DNA from: Caldimonas sp.
GTDB taxonomy: Bacteria; Pseudomonadota; Gammaproteobacteria; Burkholderiales; Burkholderiaceae_C
Assembly (NCBI GenBank): GCA_035456045.1
Contig: DATIDZ010000260.1
Span: forward strand, 1 to 40,339
DNA: 40,339 nt
Direction: 5' to 3'
Shown here: positions 26,831 through 35,852 of the stretch, piece after piece
Numbering within the stretch: the first letter of the stretch is position 1
Layout: each line of letters starts with the position of its first letter
The notes under the pieces: generated by a model
Told to the model about the DNA's origin: nothing
The model's database searches: none
The model's input: the letters and a program-made list of their open reading frames with translations, nothing else
Made by a program: the position numbers and the translations under genes

Positions 26831-28056
26831 GCGGGCCGTCCTTCCGGAGACGCGGCGGCGCTCGCGGCGAGGATCGCGCCCTGCGCGACCAGCGCATCGA
26901 TCTCCTCGCCGCTGTACCCGGCCTGGGTCAGCACCTCGACGCTGTGCTCGCCGAGGCGCGGCGCCGGACGCGTCGGCTCGGGCGCGCTGTCGGACCACGT
27001 CATCGGCATCCGCATCGATCGGATCGTGCCTTCGGTCGGGTGCTCGCTGGTGGTGAAGAAGTTCGTCGCGACGAGGTGCGGGTCGTCGAGCACGCTCTTC
27101 AGGTCGTGCATCGGCATCATCGGCACGTCAGCCTCCTCGAGCAGCGCCATCCATTCGGCGGTGCTGCGCTGCTCGAAGATCCGCGCCAGCTCGCCGTAGA
27201 CGAAGTCGATGTGGCGCGAGCGGCTGGTGAAGGTGGCGAAGCGCGCGTCTTCCTGCAGCAGCGACTCGCGGCCGATGGCGCGCAGGAACCCCTGCCACTG
27301 CTTGTCGTTGTAGACCAGCGCGCAGATGTAGCCGTCGCTGGTGCGGTACGGTCGCCGCTCGTGCGAGAGCTGGCGCGCGTAGCCGCCGTCATCGAGCGGC
27401 GGCTCGAAGGTGAGGCCGCCGAGGTGGTCGCCGAGGACGAAGCCGACCATCGTCTCGAACATCGGCACGTCGAGGCGCTGGCCGCGGCCGGTGCGCTCGC
27501 GCGCCATCAGCGCTGCGAGGATGCCGCCGACCGCCGTCAGGCCGACGATGCGGTCGGCCATGGCGCACGGCACGTAGCGCGGCGGGCCCTGGCTCGCCAC
27601 CGCGATCAGGTGCGGCAGCGTCGCGCCGCCCTGGATCAGGTCGTCGTACGCCGGCCGTGCCGCGTACGGGCCGTCCTGGCCGAAGCCGAACAGGCCCGCG
27701 TAGACGACGCGCGGGTTGATCGCCGCGACGGCGTCGTAGTCGAGGCCGAGCCGCGCCATCGCGTTCGGGCGGACGTTGTAGATCAGCACGTCGGCATCGG
27801 CGAGCAGGCGGCGCACGACGGCGAGCCCGGCCGGCTTCTTGAGGTCGACGCCGACGCTGCGCTTGTTGCGATTGGTGTTGAGGAAGATCGGACCCATCTC
27901 GGGATGGCGCGCCGGGCCGATCTGGCGCACGAGGTCGCCGAGCGGAGCCTCGATCTTGACGACGTCCGCGCCCATGTCGCCGAGCGACTGCGAGGCGAAG
28001 GGGCCCATGAGCACCGACGTCATGTCGATGACCTTGATGCCGTGCAGCGGTCCCAT
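26827..28056 (-). CDS. CaiB/BaiF family III CoA-transferase
   Basis: MGPLHGIKVIDMTSVLMGP, LGDMGADVVKIE, NRNKRSV, GFGQDGPYAARPAYDDLIQG, APRLGEHS. Confidence 0.95.
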   Translation of the reverse strand: MGPLHGIKVIDMTSVLMGPFASQSLGDMGADVVKIEAPLGDLVRQIGPARHPEMGPIFLNTNRNKRSVGVDLKKPAGLAVVRRLLADADVLIYNVRPNAMARLGLDYDAVAAINPRVVYAGLFGFGQDGPYAARPAYDDLIQGGATLPHLIAVASQGPPRYVPCAMADRIVGLTAVGGILAALMARERTGRGQRLDVPMFETMVGFVLGDHLGGLTFEPPLDDGGYARQLSHERRPYRTSDGYICALVYNDKQWQGFLRAIGRESLLQEDARFATFTSRSRHIDFVYGELARIFEQRSTAEWMALLEEADVPMMPMHDLKSVLDDPHLVATNFFTTSEHPTEGTIRSMRMPMTWSDSAPEPTRPAPRLGEHSVEVLTQAGYSGEEIDALVAQGAILAASAAASPEGRPA

Positions 28057-28118
28057 GAGGCGGTGGTCGGTGGATGGGTCGGGTCGGCCGGCGCAGACCG
28101 GTCCGGGTAGCCGGAAGT

Positions 28119-28185
28119 ATTCATGGCCGTGGACGACGCGTACACGGATGAAACCCTGTGGCTCGGCACGTTCATGCACAAGTAC
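28119..28185. promoter_or_regulatory. Putative IclR-family operators in the caiB/MFS divergent promoter
   Basis: ATTCATGGCCGTGGAC (28119-28134) and the weaker GTTCATGCACAAGTAC (28170-28185). CCATGCATG at 28189 is shared with the 15543 site. Confidence 0.55.
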
Positions 28186-28194
28186 ATTCCATGC

Positions 28195-29457
28195 ATGGTC
28201 AAGAACAGCGTGGCCGCCTCGGCGACGCCGCCGGCAACGACGGTCGCGATGGCCGCCACGGTGCTCGTCCTCTGCTTCGCGTTCAACTTCGTCGGCCGCG
28301 GCGTCGGCGACACGTACATGGTGTTCCTGCTGCCGCTCGAGAAGGAGTTCGGCTGGCATCGCTCGCAGATGACGAGCGTCTACTCGGCCTTGATGATCGT
28401 GAGCGGCCTGGCAGCGCCGCTGAGCGGGACCGTCTTCGAGCGCTTCGGCCCGCGCATGCTCTACGCCGGCGGACTCGCGCTGCTGGGCACCGGCTATTTG
28501 CTCGCCTCGAGGGTGAACGCGCTCTGGCAGTTCTACGCGTGCATCAGCCTGCTCGGCGGGCTCGGCATCGCCGCGATCGGCATGGTGCCGGCCGCGGCGC
28601 TCATCAGCCGATGGTTCGAGCGCCGGATGAGCACGGCGATCGGCATCGCCTACGCGGGCTTCGGCTGCGGGTCGCTTCTGATCGTGCCGCTGGCGCAGAC
28701 GCTCATCGACGCCGACGGCTGGCGTCGCGCGTACCAGGTCATCGGCGCCACGCTGCTCGTCCTCGTGCCGATCTCGCTCGCGGTGCCGTGGCGAACCATT
28801 CGTGCCGGGCTGCCGTCGCTCGTCGCGCCGCGCCCGCTCGTGGCGGCGGGCACGGCGCCCGTGCGCGCGGCGCTCCGCAATCGCACCTTCTGGCACCTCG
28901 TGCAGGTGATGTTCTTCACCGCCGTCGGCATGTTCCTGATCATCGTCCAGTCGGTCGCCTACCTGGTCGACGTCGGCTACACGCCGCTGCAGGCGGCGAC
29001 CGCGTTCGGCGCCGCCGGGGCGCTCTCGGTGGTCGGCGTCTCCAGCTCGGGCTGGCTCGCCGACCGCTTCGGCCACCGGCGCGCCGCGACCGTCAGCTTC
29101 GTCGGCACCTTCCTCGGCATCTCGCTGCTGCTAGCGATGTCGTACGGCGCGAGCCTGGCGATGCTCGTCGCCTACGTGCTGCTGTTCGGCATCTGCCAGG
29201 GCGCGCGCGGGCCGCTCGCCGCCGGCCTCAGCGCGCGCCTGTTCTCCGGGCCGGGCCAGGCGACGATCTACGGCGTCATCTTCGCGTGCATGTCGGTCGG
29301 CTCGGGGATCGGGTCGCTCCTCGCCGGCGCGCTGCACGACATCACCGGCGGCTACCGCGCCGGCTTCGTCCTCTCGATGGCGTGCGTGCTGCTCGCGGCG
29401 CTGCCCTTCTGGACCTCCGACGCGCTCGTCGTCGCCCGCCTGCGGCGCGCGGAATGA
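28195..29457 (+). CDS. MFS transporter (monocarboxylate/OFA-like); start uncertain (28195, 28210 or 28249)
   Basis: LEKEFGWHRS, FERFGPR, ISRWFERR, GWLADRFGHRR, LHDITGGY; about 12 TMs. Confidence 0.9.
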   Translation: MVKNSVAASATPPATTVAMAATVLVLCFAFNFVGRGVGDTYMVFLLPLEKEFGWHRSQMTSVYSALMIVSGLAAPLSGTVFERFGPRMLYAGGLALLGTGYLLASRVNALWQFYACISLLGGLGIAAIGMVPAAALISRWFERRMSTAIGIAYAGFGCGSLLIVPLAQTLIDADGWRRAYQVIGATLLVLVPISLAVPWRTIRAGLPSLVAPRPLVAAGTAPVRAALRNRTFWHLVQVMFFTAVGMFLIIVQSVAYLVDVGYTPLQAATAFGAAGALSVVGVSSSGWLADRFGHRRAATVSFVGTFLGISLLLAMSYGASLAMLVAYVLLFGICQGARGPLAAGLSARLFSGPGQATIYGVIFACMSVGSGIGSLLAGALHDITGGYRAGFVLSMACVLLAALPFWTSDALVVARLRRAE

Positions 29458-29505
29458 CCGGCGCCGCCTGCGCCGCCCTTTCACTTTCATGATGCGAGGC
29501 CGACC

Positions 29506-30282
29506 ATGATCGTCAAGCAGGCCGCCAACGTCCTCGACCTGATCGAGTTCTTCGCCAGCCACAAGCGGCCGGCGGCGCTCGCGGAGATCGCCAAGCACTT
29601 CAACTGGCCGCGCTCGTCGACCTTCAACCTGCTCGGCACGCTCGCCGGTCGCGGCTACCTCTACGAGCCGCGCGCGCGCGGCGGCTACTACCCCTCGCCG
29701 CTGTGGTCGTCGCTGGTGCAGCAGATCGAGCGCGCCGAGCCGATCCCCGATCAGCTCCGCGCGCTGCTGCGAACGCTGGTCGAGCGGACCGGCGAGACCG
29801 CGGTGCTCGCCGCGACGAGCGGAACGCACGCGGTGTTCCTCGAAGCGGTCGAGTCGCCGCACGCCATCCGCTACACCGCCCCGCCGGGCAAGCTCATCCC
29901 GCTGCACGTCACCGCCACCGGCCGGGCCCTCCTCTCGCAGCTGTCGCCCGCCGACCGCGCCGGCGTGCTTCGCCGGGCCACCTTCGAACGCTACACGCCG
30001 ACGACGCTGATGAGCGTCGCCGCCGTCGAGAAGGAGATCCAGCGATCGCTCCAGCGCGGCTGGTTCGAGGGCGCCGCCGAGTACACCGCCGACCTCGGCG
30101 GCGTGGCGATGCCGCTGCAGGTGCCGCATCGGCAGTTCGCGGTGCTCGTCGCCGGGCCGATGTCGCGGGTCAGGACGCGCGGCAAGGAGCTGGCCAGGAT
30201 CCTCTCGACCGAGATCGAGAACCACCTCGGCGACAAGATGCCGGCCGAAGCGCGCAAGCAGCGCGCCGCCGCCTCCGGCTGA
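29506..30282 (+). CDS. IclR-family transcriptional regulator
   Basis: LAEIAKHFNWPRSSTFNLLGTL HTH, TGETAVL, PLHVTATGRALL, RYTPTT. Confidence 0.95.
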   Translation: MIVKQAANVLDLIEFFASHKRPAALAEIAKHFNWPRSSTFNLLGTLAGRGYLYEPRARGGYYPSPLWSSLVQQIERAEPIPDQLRALLRTLVERTGETAVLAATSGTHAVFLEAVESPHAIRYTAPPGKLIPLHVTATGRALLSQLSPADRAGVLRRATFERYTPTTLMSVAAVEKEIQRSLQRGWFEGAAEYTADLGGVAMPLQVPHRQFAVLVAGPMSRVRTRGKELARILSTEIENHLGDKMPAEARKQRAAASG

Positions 30283-30294
30283 GGTCCGGACGGC

Positions 30295-31578
30295 TCAGCG
30301 CGGCGCGAACGGCGACTGGTACGGTCGCCCGAACGCGACCCCGGCGACGACCGCACCGACCGGCCGCAGGTGCATCTTCCCCGTGCGCTTGTTGTTGCGC
30401 GTGTCGACGAACTCGACCGGGCCCTCGACGGCGTCGAGGATCGACAGGTCCGCGGGCGCGCCGACCTGAAGCGTGCCGTGCTTGGGCAGGCGCGCGATCA
30501 CCCGCGCCGGCGCCGTGGTGGCCATGGCGACGACCTCGGCGAGCGAGAAGCCCATGCCGACGAGCTTGCTCATCACCCAGGGCAGGTACGGCATGCCGGG
30601 CGTGTTGCCCGAGAAGACATGGATGTCCGACGAGATCGTGTCGGGCGTGCAGCCCTGCGCGATCGCCGCCTCGGCGATCGTGTAGTCGAAGCTGCCGCCG
30701 CCGTGGCCGATGTCGAAGATCACGCCGCGCCGCTTGGCCGCGAGCGCGGCCGGCAGCAGCTTGCCGTCCTGGACGATGTTGGTGCCGTCGCCGGCGAGGT
30801 TGGGCGCGCCCGAGTAGCAGTGCGTGAGGATGTCGCCCGGGCGAAGAAGGTCGAGGATCTGCGACATCAGCGCGCGGTCGGCGACGCCGCCGATGTGGCA
30901 CATCACCTTCGCCGGCACGCCCGACATCTCGCACGCCTGCACCGCGCGCTTGAGCGGCTCGGTGCCGTTCCTGGCGATCACGTTCTCGCTCATCCGGACC
31001 TTGACGCCGAGCACGAGGTCGGCGTTCTCCGCGACCGTGCGCGCGGCCGCCTCGGGCTGGGCGTACTCGATGTTGTACAGCTCGGGGATCGGAAAGCCGG
31101 CCAGGCCGACGAGGCCGATGTGGACGAACGCGTACTGGCGCGTCCGCGACCCCGGCACGACGAAGCGGCGGAACGCGGCGAAGTTGTTGGCGCCGGCGTC
31201 GCCGGCCGAGACGACCGTCGTCGTGCACTGGTGCTGGACCAGCTCGTCGGCGGGGATGCCGATCGCGGAACCGTAGGGGTACGAGTGGCAATGCAGGTCG
31301 ATCAGCCCGGGCGTCACGAGCTTGCCGCCGACGTCCATGACGCGCGCGCCGCGCTCGGCGGCGATCGTCGGCGCGATCGTTTCGATCTGGCCGTAGCGGA
31401 TGCCGATGTCGCGCTTGCCGGTGAGGCCCTGGCTCGGATCGAGCACGTTGGCGTTGCGCACGAGCAGGTCGTACTTGTCGTTCGGCCCCATCGCCGCGTG
31501 TACCGCGCGCGGCAACGCGCCGAGCACCGCGAGCGACGTGCCCGCCTTCAGGAACTGTCGACGTGCCGTTGATGTCAT
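30295..31578 (-). CDS. Amidohydrolase/deacetylase (dihydroorotase-like) with twin-arginine signal peptide
   Basis: ARRQFLK, an h-region and AVHA; PGLIDLHCH, AGDAG, GVKVR, MCHIG, THCYSG, DIGHGGGSF, ISSDIH. Confidence 0.9.
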   Translation of the reverse strand: MTSTARRQFLKAGTSLAVLGALPRAVHAAMGPNDKYDLLVRNANVLDPSQGLTGKRDIGIRYGQIETIAPTIAAERGARVMDVGGKLVTPGLIDLHCHSYPYGSAIGIPADELVQHQCTTTVVSAGDAGANNFAAFRRFVVPGSRTRQYAFVHIGLVGLAGFPIPELYNIEYAQPEAAARTVAENADLVLGVKVRMSENVIARNGTEPLKRAVQACEMSGVPAKVMCHIGGVADRALMSQILDLLRPGDILTHCYSGAPNLAGDGTNIVQDGKLLPAALAAKRRGVIFDIGHGGGSFDYTIAEAAIAQGCTPDTISSDIHVFSGNTPGMPYLPWVMSKLVGMGFSLAEVVAMATTAPARVIARLPKHGTLQVGAPADLSILDAVEGPVEFVDTRNNKRTGKMHLRPVGAVVAGVAFGRPYQSPFAPR

Positions 31579-31741
31579 CGCGCCCTCCGCTTCGCTCTCG
31601 TGACGGTGCGCCTGCCGGCGGCCGCGGCCAGCTTAGTGCGGCGCGGCCCGCCTGTCACTCGGGCGATCCCAGCGCCACGTCCGGCGATCGACCCGTCGCG
31701 AGCGTCGGCGGCGTCGCTGGCCTGACGCCGGCGCCGCCGAT

Positions 31742-31756
31742 TGGCAGCGGACATGC
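31742..31756 (+). promoter_or_regulatory. Weak sigma-54-like site upstream of the PEP-CTERM gene
   Basis: TGGCAGCGGACATGC has correct GG-N10-GC spacing but several mismatches to consensus. Confidence 0.35.
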
Positions 31757-31856
31757 CCACCCGACTCGGGCACTCCCCCAGTGGCGGGCCGACGCCGTTG
31801 CCGCTAGAAAGCGGGCGATGCCCGCGCTCCTCGCGGGCGCGTGACGGGAGGACTCG

Positions 31857-32552
31857 ATGAAGACATTCCTGCTTCCAGCGACGATCTTCTGCGTGGCGAT
31901 CGTCGCGTTCGCGCCCGCGCATGCGGTGAATCCGGGCGAGATCGACACCTTCAGCGGCGGCATCGAGGGCTGGTTCGCCGGCGGCGGACCGTTCGGCCAG
32001 GTGCCGCCGACGCCGCCCGCGGTGATCGCCAGCGGCGGGCCCGCCGGCGCGGGCGACAGCTTCCTGCAGATCGTCGCCAACGGCAGCGCCGGAGCCGGCG
32101 GGCGCCTCGTCGCCATGAACGGCGCGCAGTGGGCCGGCAACTACCTGACCGCCGGCATCAGCGCCATCGCGATGGACCTGCGCAACCTCGGCGCGTCCGA
32201 CCTCACCGTGCGCCTCTACTTCGAGGACCCGATCCCCGGCCCGCCGGTCAACGAGGCCGTGACCACGCTCGGCGTGCTGCTGCCCGCCGGCGGGGGCTGG
32301 ACGCATGCGTTGTTCCCGATCTCGCCGGCGAACCTGACGGTGCTGCAGGGCAACGCGACCACGCTGCTCTCGAACACGACGGTGCTGCGCATCTTCAGCG
32401 GCGCCGCGCTCGACTTTCCGCCCGACCGGGTCGCCGGCGTGCTCGGCGTCGACAACATCCAGGCCATTCCCGAGCCCGAGACGCTCGCCCTGGTCGCGGC
32501 CGGGCTGGCGCTCGTCGCCGCGCGCACCCGGCGGCGCGCGACGCCCGTCTGA
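31857..32552 (+). CDS. PEP-CTERM sorting-domain surface protein
   Basis: Signal peptide MKTFLL...AHA; C-terminal IPEPETLALVAAGLALVAARTRRR; GGAGG RBS. Confidence 0.93.
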   Translation: MKTFLLPATIFCVAIVAFAPAHAVNPGEIDTFSGGIEGWFAGGGPFGQVPPTPPAVIASGGPAGAGDSFLQIVANGSAGAGGRLVAMNGAQWAGNYLTAGISAIAMDLRNLGASDLTVRLYFEDPIPGPPVNEAVTTLGVLLPAGGGWTHALFPISPANLTVLQGNATTLLSNTTVLRIFSGAALDFPPDRVAGVLGVDNIQAIPEPETLALVAAGLALVAARTRRRATPV

Positions 32553-32567
32553 ACGACCTCGCGCGCC

Positions 32568-34097
32568 TCAGGTGCCGCAGAAGGTGCGGTAGCCGGCGGT
32601 GACCTCGGGCGCTGCCGGCTCCGCGTAGATCGCGTCGTCGGCGTTCTCTTCGAACGGGCGTCGCAGCGCGGCCAGCAGGCGATCGAACGGGCCGAGGTCG
32701 TCGCCGTCGGAAGCGGCGGCGAGCGCTTCCTCGACGCGATGGTTGCGCGGGATGATCCACGGGTTGACGCCGCGCATGCCCGCCGCCCGCGCTTCGTTCG
32801 CGATGGCGCTGCCGGGCGACGTGCCTTCGTCGTCGCGCGCGCACCTCTCGCGCCAGCGCTCGAGCCAAGCATCGGGCGCGTTCGCGGCGGCGCCGGCCGA
32901 CGAGAACAGCGCGCGCAGCGGCGCGGCGTCGCCGGCCGCGGCGTCGGCGAGTCGACGCCACGCGAGCGTGAAGTCGACGCGGCCGGCGTGCAGGAGCGCG
33001 AGCCAGTCGTCGGCGAGGCGGGCGTCGGCGGCGGCGTCGACGACGTCGACGCGACGCAGGCCGAGCTTGGCGCGCTGGCCGCGGAGCAGGTGGCCGCGGT
33101 ACGCAGCCGGGAACGCATCGATCACGCGCATCGCCTCGGCCATCGCCTGCGCTTCGTCGTCGGCAAGCAGCGGCAGCAGGCACTCGGCCAGGCGCGCCAG
33201 GTTCCAGCGCGCGATGCTCGGCTGGTTGCCGAAGGCGTAGCGGCCCTGGCTGTCGATCGAGCTGAACACGGCGGCGGGGTCGTACGCCTCGACGAACGCG
33301 CACGGGCCGTAGTCGATCGTCTCGCCCGAGATCGTCATGTTGTCGGTGTTCATGACGCCGTGGATGAAGCCGACGTTCATCCACTGCGCGATCAGCTTCG
33401 CCTGCCGCTCGGCGACTCGCTCGAGCAGGCCGAGGAAGCGGCCGGGCGCGCCGACGAGGTCGGCGTCGTGGCGCGCGATCGTGTACTCGGCGAGCTGGCG
33501 CACGCGCTCCGCATCGCCGCGCGCGGCGAAGAACTGGAACGTGCCGACGCGGATGTGGCTGGCCGCGACGCGCGTCAGCACTGCGCCGGGCAGCACCGTC
33601 TCGCGCAGCACCGGCTCGCCGGTCGCAACGACCGCGAGCGCGCGCGTCGTCGGGATGCCGAGCGCGTGCATCGCCTCGCCGATCAGCACCTCGCGCAGCA
33701 TCGGCCCGACCGCCGCCTTGCCGTCGCCGCCGCGCGAGAACGGCGTCCTGCCGGAGCCTTTCAAGGCGATGTCGCGCCGCTGGCCGAGACGATCGATCAC
33801 TTCGCCGAGCAGGATCGCGCGGCCGTCTCCGAGCTGCGGCGAGAAGCCGCCGAACTGATGCCCGGCGTAGGCCTGCGCGATCGGCTCGGCGCCCTCGGGC
33901 ACCGTGTTGCCGGCGAAGACGTCGGCACCCGCGGCGCCGGCGAGCGCGGCGACGTCGAGGCCGAGCTCCTCGGCGAGGGCCGCGTTGAAGAACAGCGACT
34001 TGGGTGCCGGCGCCGCCTGGGGACGCCACGGCACGGAGAAGCCCTCCAGGTCGCGCGCGTAGGAGCTCTCGAGGCGGAAGGGGGCGACGGCAGCCAT
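32568..34097 (-). CDS. selO: Protein adenylyltransferase SelO (YdiU family)
   Basis: AQAYAGHQFG, QLGDGRA, LKGSGRTPFSRGGDG, GFIHGVMNTDN, TIDYGP, PRNH, C-terminal TFCGT. Start at ATG 34097. Confidence 0.95.
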   Translation of the reverse strand: MAAVAPFRLESSYARDLEGFSVPWRPQAAPAPKSLFFNAALAEELGLDVAALAGAAGADVFAGNTVPEGAEPIAQAYAGHQFGGFSPQLGDGRAILLGEVIDRLGQRRDIALKGSGRTPFSRGGDGKAAVGPMLREVLIGEAMHALGIPTTRALAVVATGEPVLRETVLPGAVLTRVAASHIRVGTFQFFAARGDAERVRQLAEYTIARHDADLVGAPGRFLGLLERVAERQAKLIAQWMNVGFIHGVMNTDNMTISGETIDYGPCAFVEAYDPAAVFSSIDSQGRYAFGNQPSIARWNLARLAECLLPLLADDEAQAMAEAMRVIDAFPAAYRGHLLRGQRAKLGLRRVDVVDAAADARLADDWLALLHAGRVDFTLAWRRLADAAAGDAAPLRALFSSAGAAANAPDAWLERWRERCARDDEGTSPGSAIANEARAAGMRGVNPWIIPRNHRVEEALAAASDGDDLGPFDRLLAALRRPFEENADDAIYAEPAAPEVTAGYRTFCGT

Positions 34098-34239
34098 GGG
34101 TCGATCGTGTCCTGGCCACGAGTCTGAACGACTTCGCGCCACGATGCTGCGCCAGGGTCGATACGATGGCAGCCGCATCGATCGCACGCGACCCGGTCGA
34201 ACCGCCGACCGGCACGCCGTCTCCGCTGAAGGGAACCCC

Positions 34240-35004
34240 ATGAGTGCGCAAGAGAAGATGGCAGCCCGCTTCGCGCCGAACGGAACGCTGCGCGCGGCCA
34301 TCAACCTGGGCAACCCGATCCTCGCGGGCAGCGATCCGGCGACCGGCGCGGCGCGCGGCGTCTCGGTCGATCTCGCCCTCGCGCTCGGCCGGCGGCTGGG
34401 CGTCGGCGTCGAGCTCGTCACCTTCGACACCGCGAGCAAGTCGGTCGAGGCGGTCGCGCAGGAGCGTGCCGACGTCGGCTTCTTCGCGATCGATCCGCTG
34501 CGCGGCGCCGACATCGCGTTCACCGCGCCGTACGTGCTGATCGAAGGCTGCTACCTCGTTCGCGAGGGCTCGCCGCTGCGCGGCAACGACGAGGTCGACC
34601 GCCCGGGCCGCGTCGTCGTCGTCGGCCAGGGCAGCGCGTATGACCTGCACCTCTCGCGCGCGCTCAAGCACGCGACGATCGTCCGCTCGTCGACGTCGCA
34701 GACGGTGGTCGACACCTTCCTCGCGCAAGGCGCCGACGTCGCGGCCGGCGTCAGGCAGCAGCTCGAAGGCGACGCCGCGCGCCGCGGCGGCCTGCGCCTC
34801 CTCGGCGAGCGGTTCATGGTCATCCGCCAGGCGATGGGGCTGCCCAAGTCGCGCGGCAGCGAAGCCGCAGACGCTCTCGAGCGGTTCGTCGAGGACATGA
34901 AATCGGAAGGCTTCGTCGCCGCGGCGCTCGAGCGCCACGGCATCCGCGGTGCCTCGGTGGCGCCGCCGCGCGGGGAATGCGCGATTCGCCTCGAGCGTCG
35001 CTGA
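34240..35004 (+). CDS. Type 2 periplasmic-binding-fold protein (amino-acid ABC SBP family 3-like), orphan
   Basis: APNGTLRAAINLGNPILA, GVSVDLA, DVGFFAIDP, FTAPYVLIEG, GSAYDLHL. No signal peptide is apparent and no permease is adjacent. Confidence 0.85.
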   Translation: MSAQEKMAARFAPNGTLRAAINLGNPILAGSDPATGAARGVSVDLALALGRRLGVGVELVTFDTASKSVEAVAQERADVGFFAIDPLRGADIAFTAPYVLIEGCYLVREGSPLRGNDEVDRPGRVVVVGQGSAYDLHLSRALKHATIVRSSTSQTVVDTFLAQGADVAAGVRQQLEGDAARRGGLRLLGERFMVIRQAMGLPKSRGSEAADALERFVEDMKSEGFVAAALERHGIRGASVAPPRGECAIRLERR

Positions 35005-35029
35005 CGCGCCATCGGTCGACGGAACCAGG

Positions 35030-35758
35030 ATGTCGCTGTTGGGCCATGCCGCGATCGCCATGTGGTGGGACATCTCGCCCGAGCGCAAGGTCGAGTTCGA
35101 AGACTGGCACTCTCACGAGCACCTGCCCGAACGGCTCTCGATCGCCGGCTTCAGGCGAGGGTCGCGCTGGGCCGCCGCCGATGGCGGTCCCGGCTTCTTC
35201 GTGCTGTACGAGCTCGCCGCGCACGACACGCTGTCGTCGCCGGAGTACCTCGAGCGGCTGAACCGGCCGACGCCGTGGTCGACGCAGCTGATGCCGCATC
35301 ACCGCCACATGGTCCGCAGCCAGTGCCGCGTCGTCGCCAGCGTCGGCGCGGGAATCGCGCGCGGCATGCTGACGCTGCGACTGTCGCCGCGGGCTCCCGA
35401 CAGGGGCGCGCTGCGCGCGTACCTGATCGAGCAGGCGGGCCGGATCGCGGCGCGTCCCGGAACGACGGCTGCCCATCTCCTGCACACGGAGGCGCCGGAC
35501 ATCGCGCTGACGACCGAGCAGCGCATTCGCGGCGGTCGAGACCCGTCCGCCGACTGGATCTTCCTCGCCGGCGGCTACGACCTCGCCGCCCTCCAGGCGC
35601 TTCGGGGCGGGGACCTCTCGGACCGGGAGCTGTCGCGACACGGCGCTGCAGACCCCGTGCAGGCCGGCGTCTACGTGCTGTCGCACGCCCTCGCGTCCCC
35701 AGAAGCGCCCGGCCGACCGGCGCCGACGGTCAACGAGGACGGCCCGGCCGGCGTTTGA
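35030..35758 (+). CDS. Conserved hypothetical protein, dimeric alpha/beta-barrel-like (DUF4286/EthD-like)
   Basis: EFEDWHSHEHLPERLSIAGFRRGSRW...FVLYEL...YLERLNRPTPWS; AGGA immediately before the ATG at 35030. Confidence 0.75.
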   Translation: MSLLGHAAIAMWWDISPERKVEFEDWHSHEHLPERLSIAGFRRGSRWAAADGGPGFFVLYELAAHDTLSSPEYLERLNRPTPWSTQLMPHHRHMVRSQCRVVASVGAGIARGMLTLRLSPRAPDRGALRAYLIEQAGRIAARPGTTAAHLLHTEAPDIALTTEQRIRGGRDPSADWIFLAGGYDLAALQALRGGDLSDRELSRHGAADPVQAGVYVLSHALASPEAPGRPAPTVNEDGPAGV

Positions 35759-35852
35759 GGGCGGCGCGGACGCACGATCGCTCGAGCGTGACGCACATCT
35801 CGGGCGACGCAAACGTTTTCGCGTCGCGACCCTCCATTCCACGAAAGACACC

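Noticed and set aside
28174-28202. TTGACC on the minus strand as a -35 for caiB
   Set aside because: No acceptable -10 at 16-18 bp spacing.
32395-35088. 897-aa minus-strand ORF, and possible selenocysteine in SelO
   Set aside because: The ORF is an off-frame shadow. SelO ends TFCGT followed by a normal stop, with Cys rather than an internal UGA.
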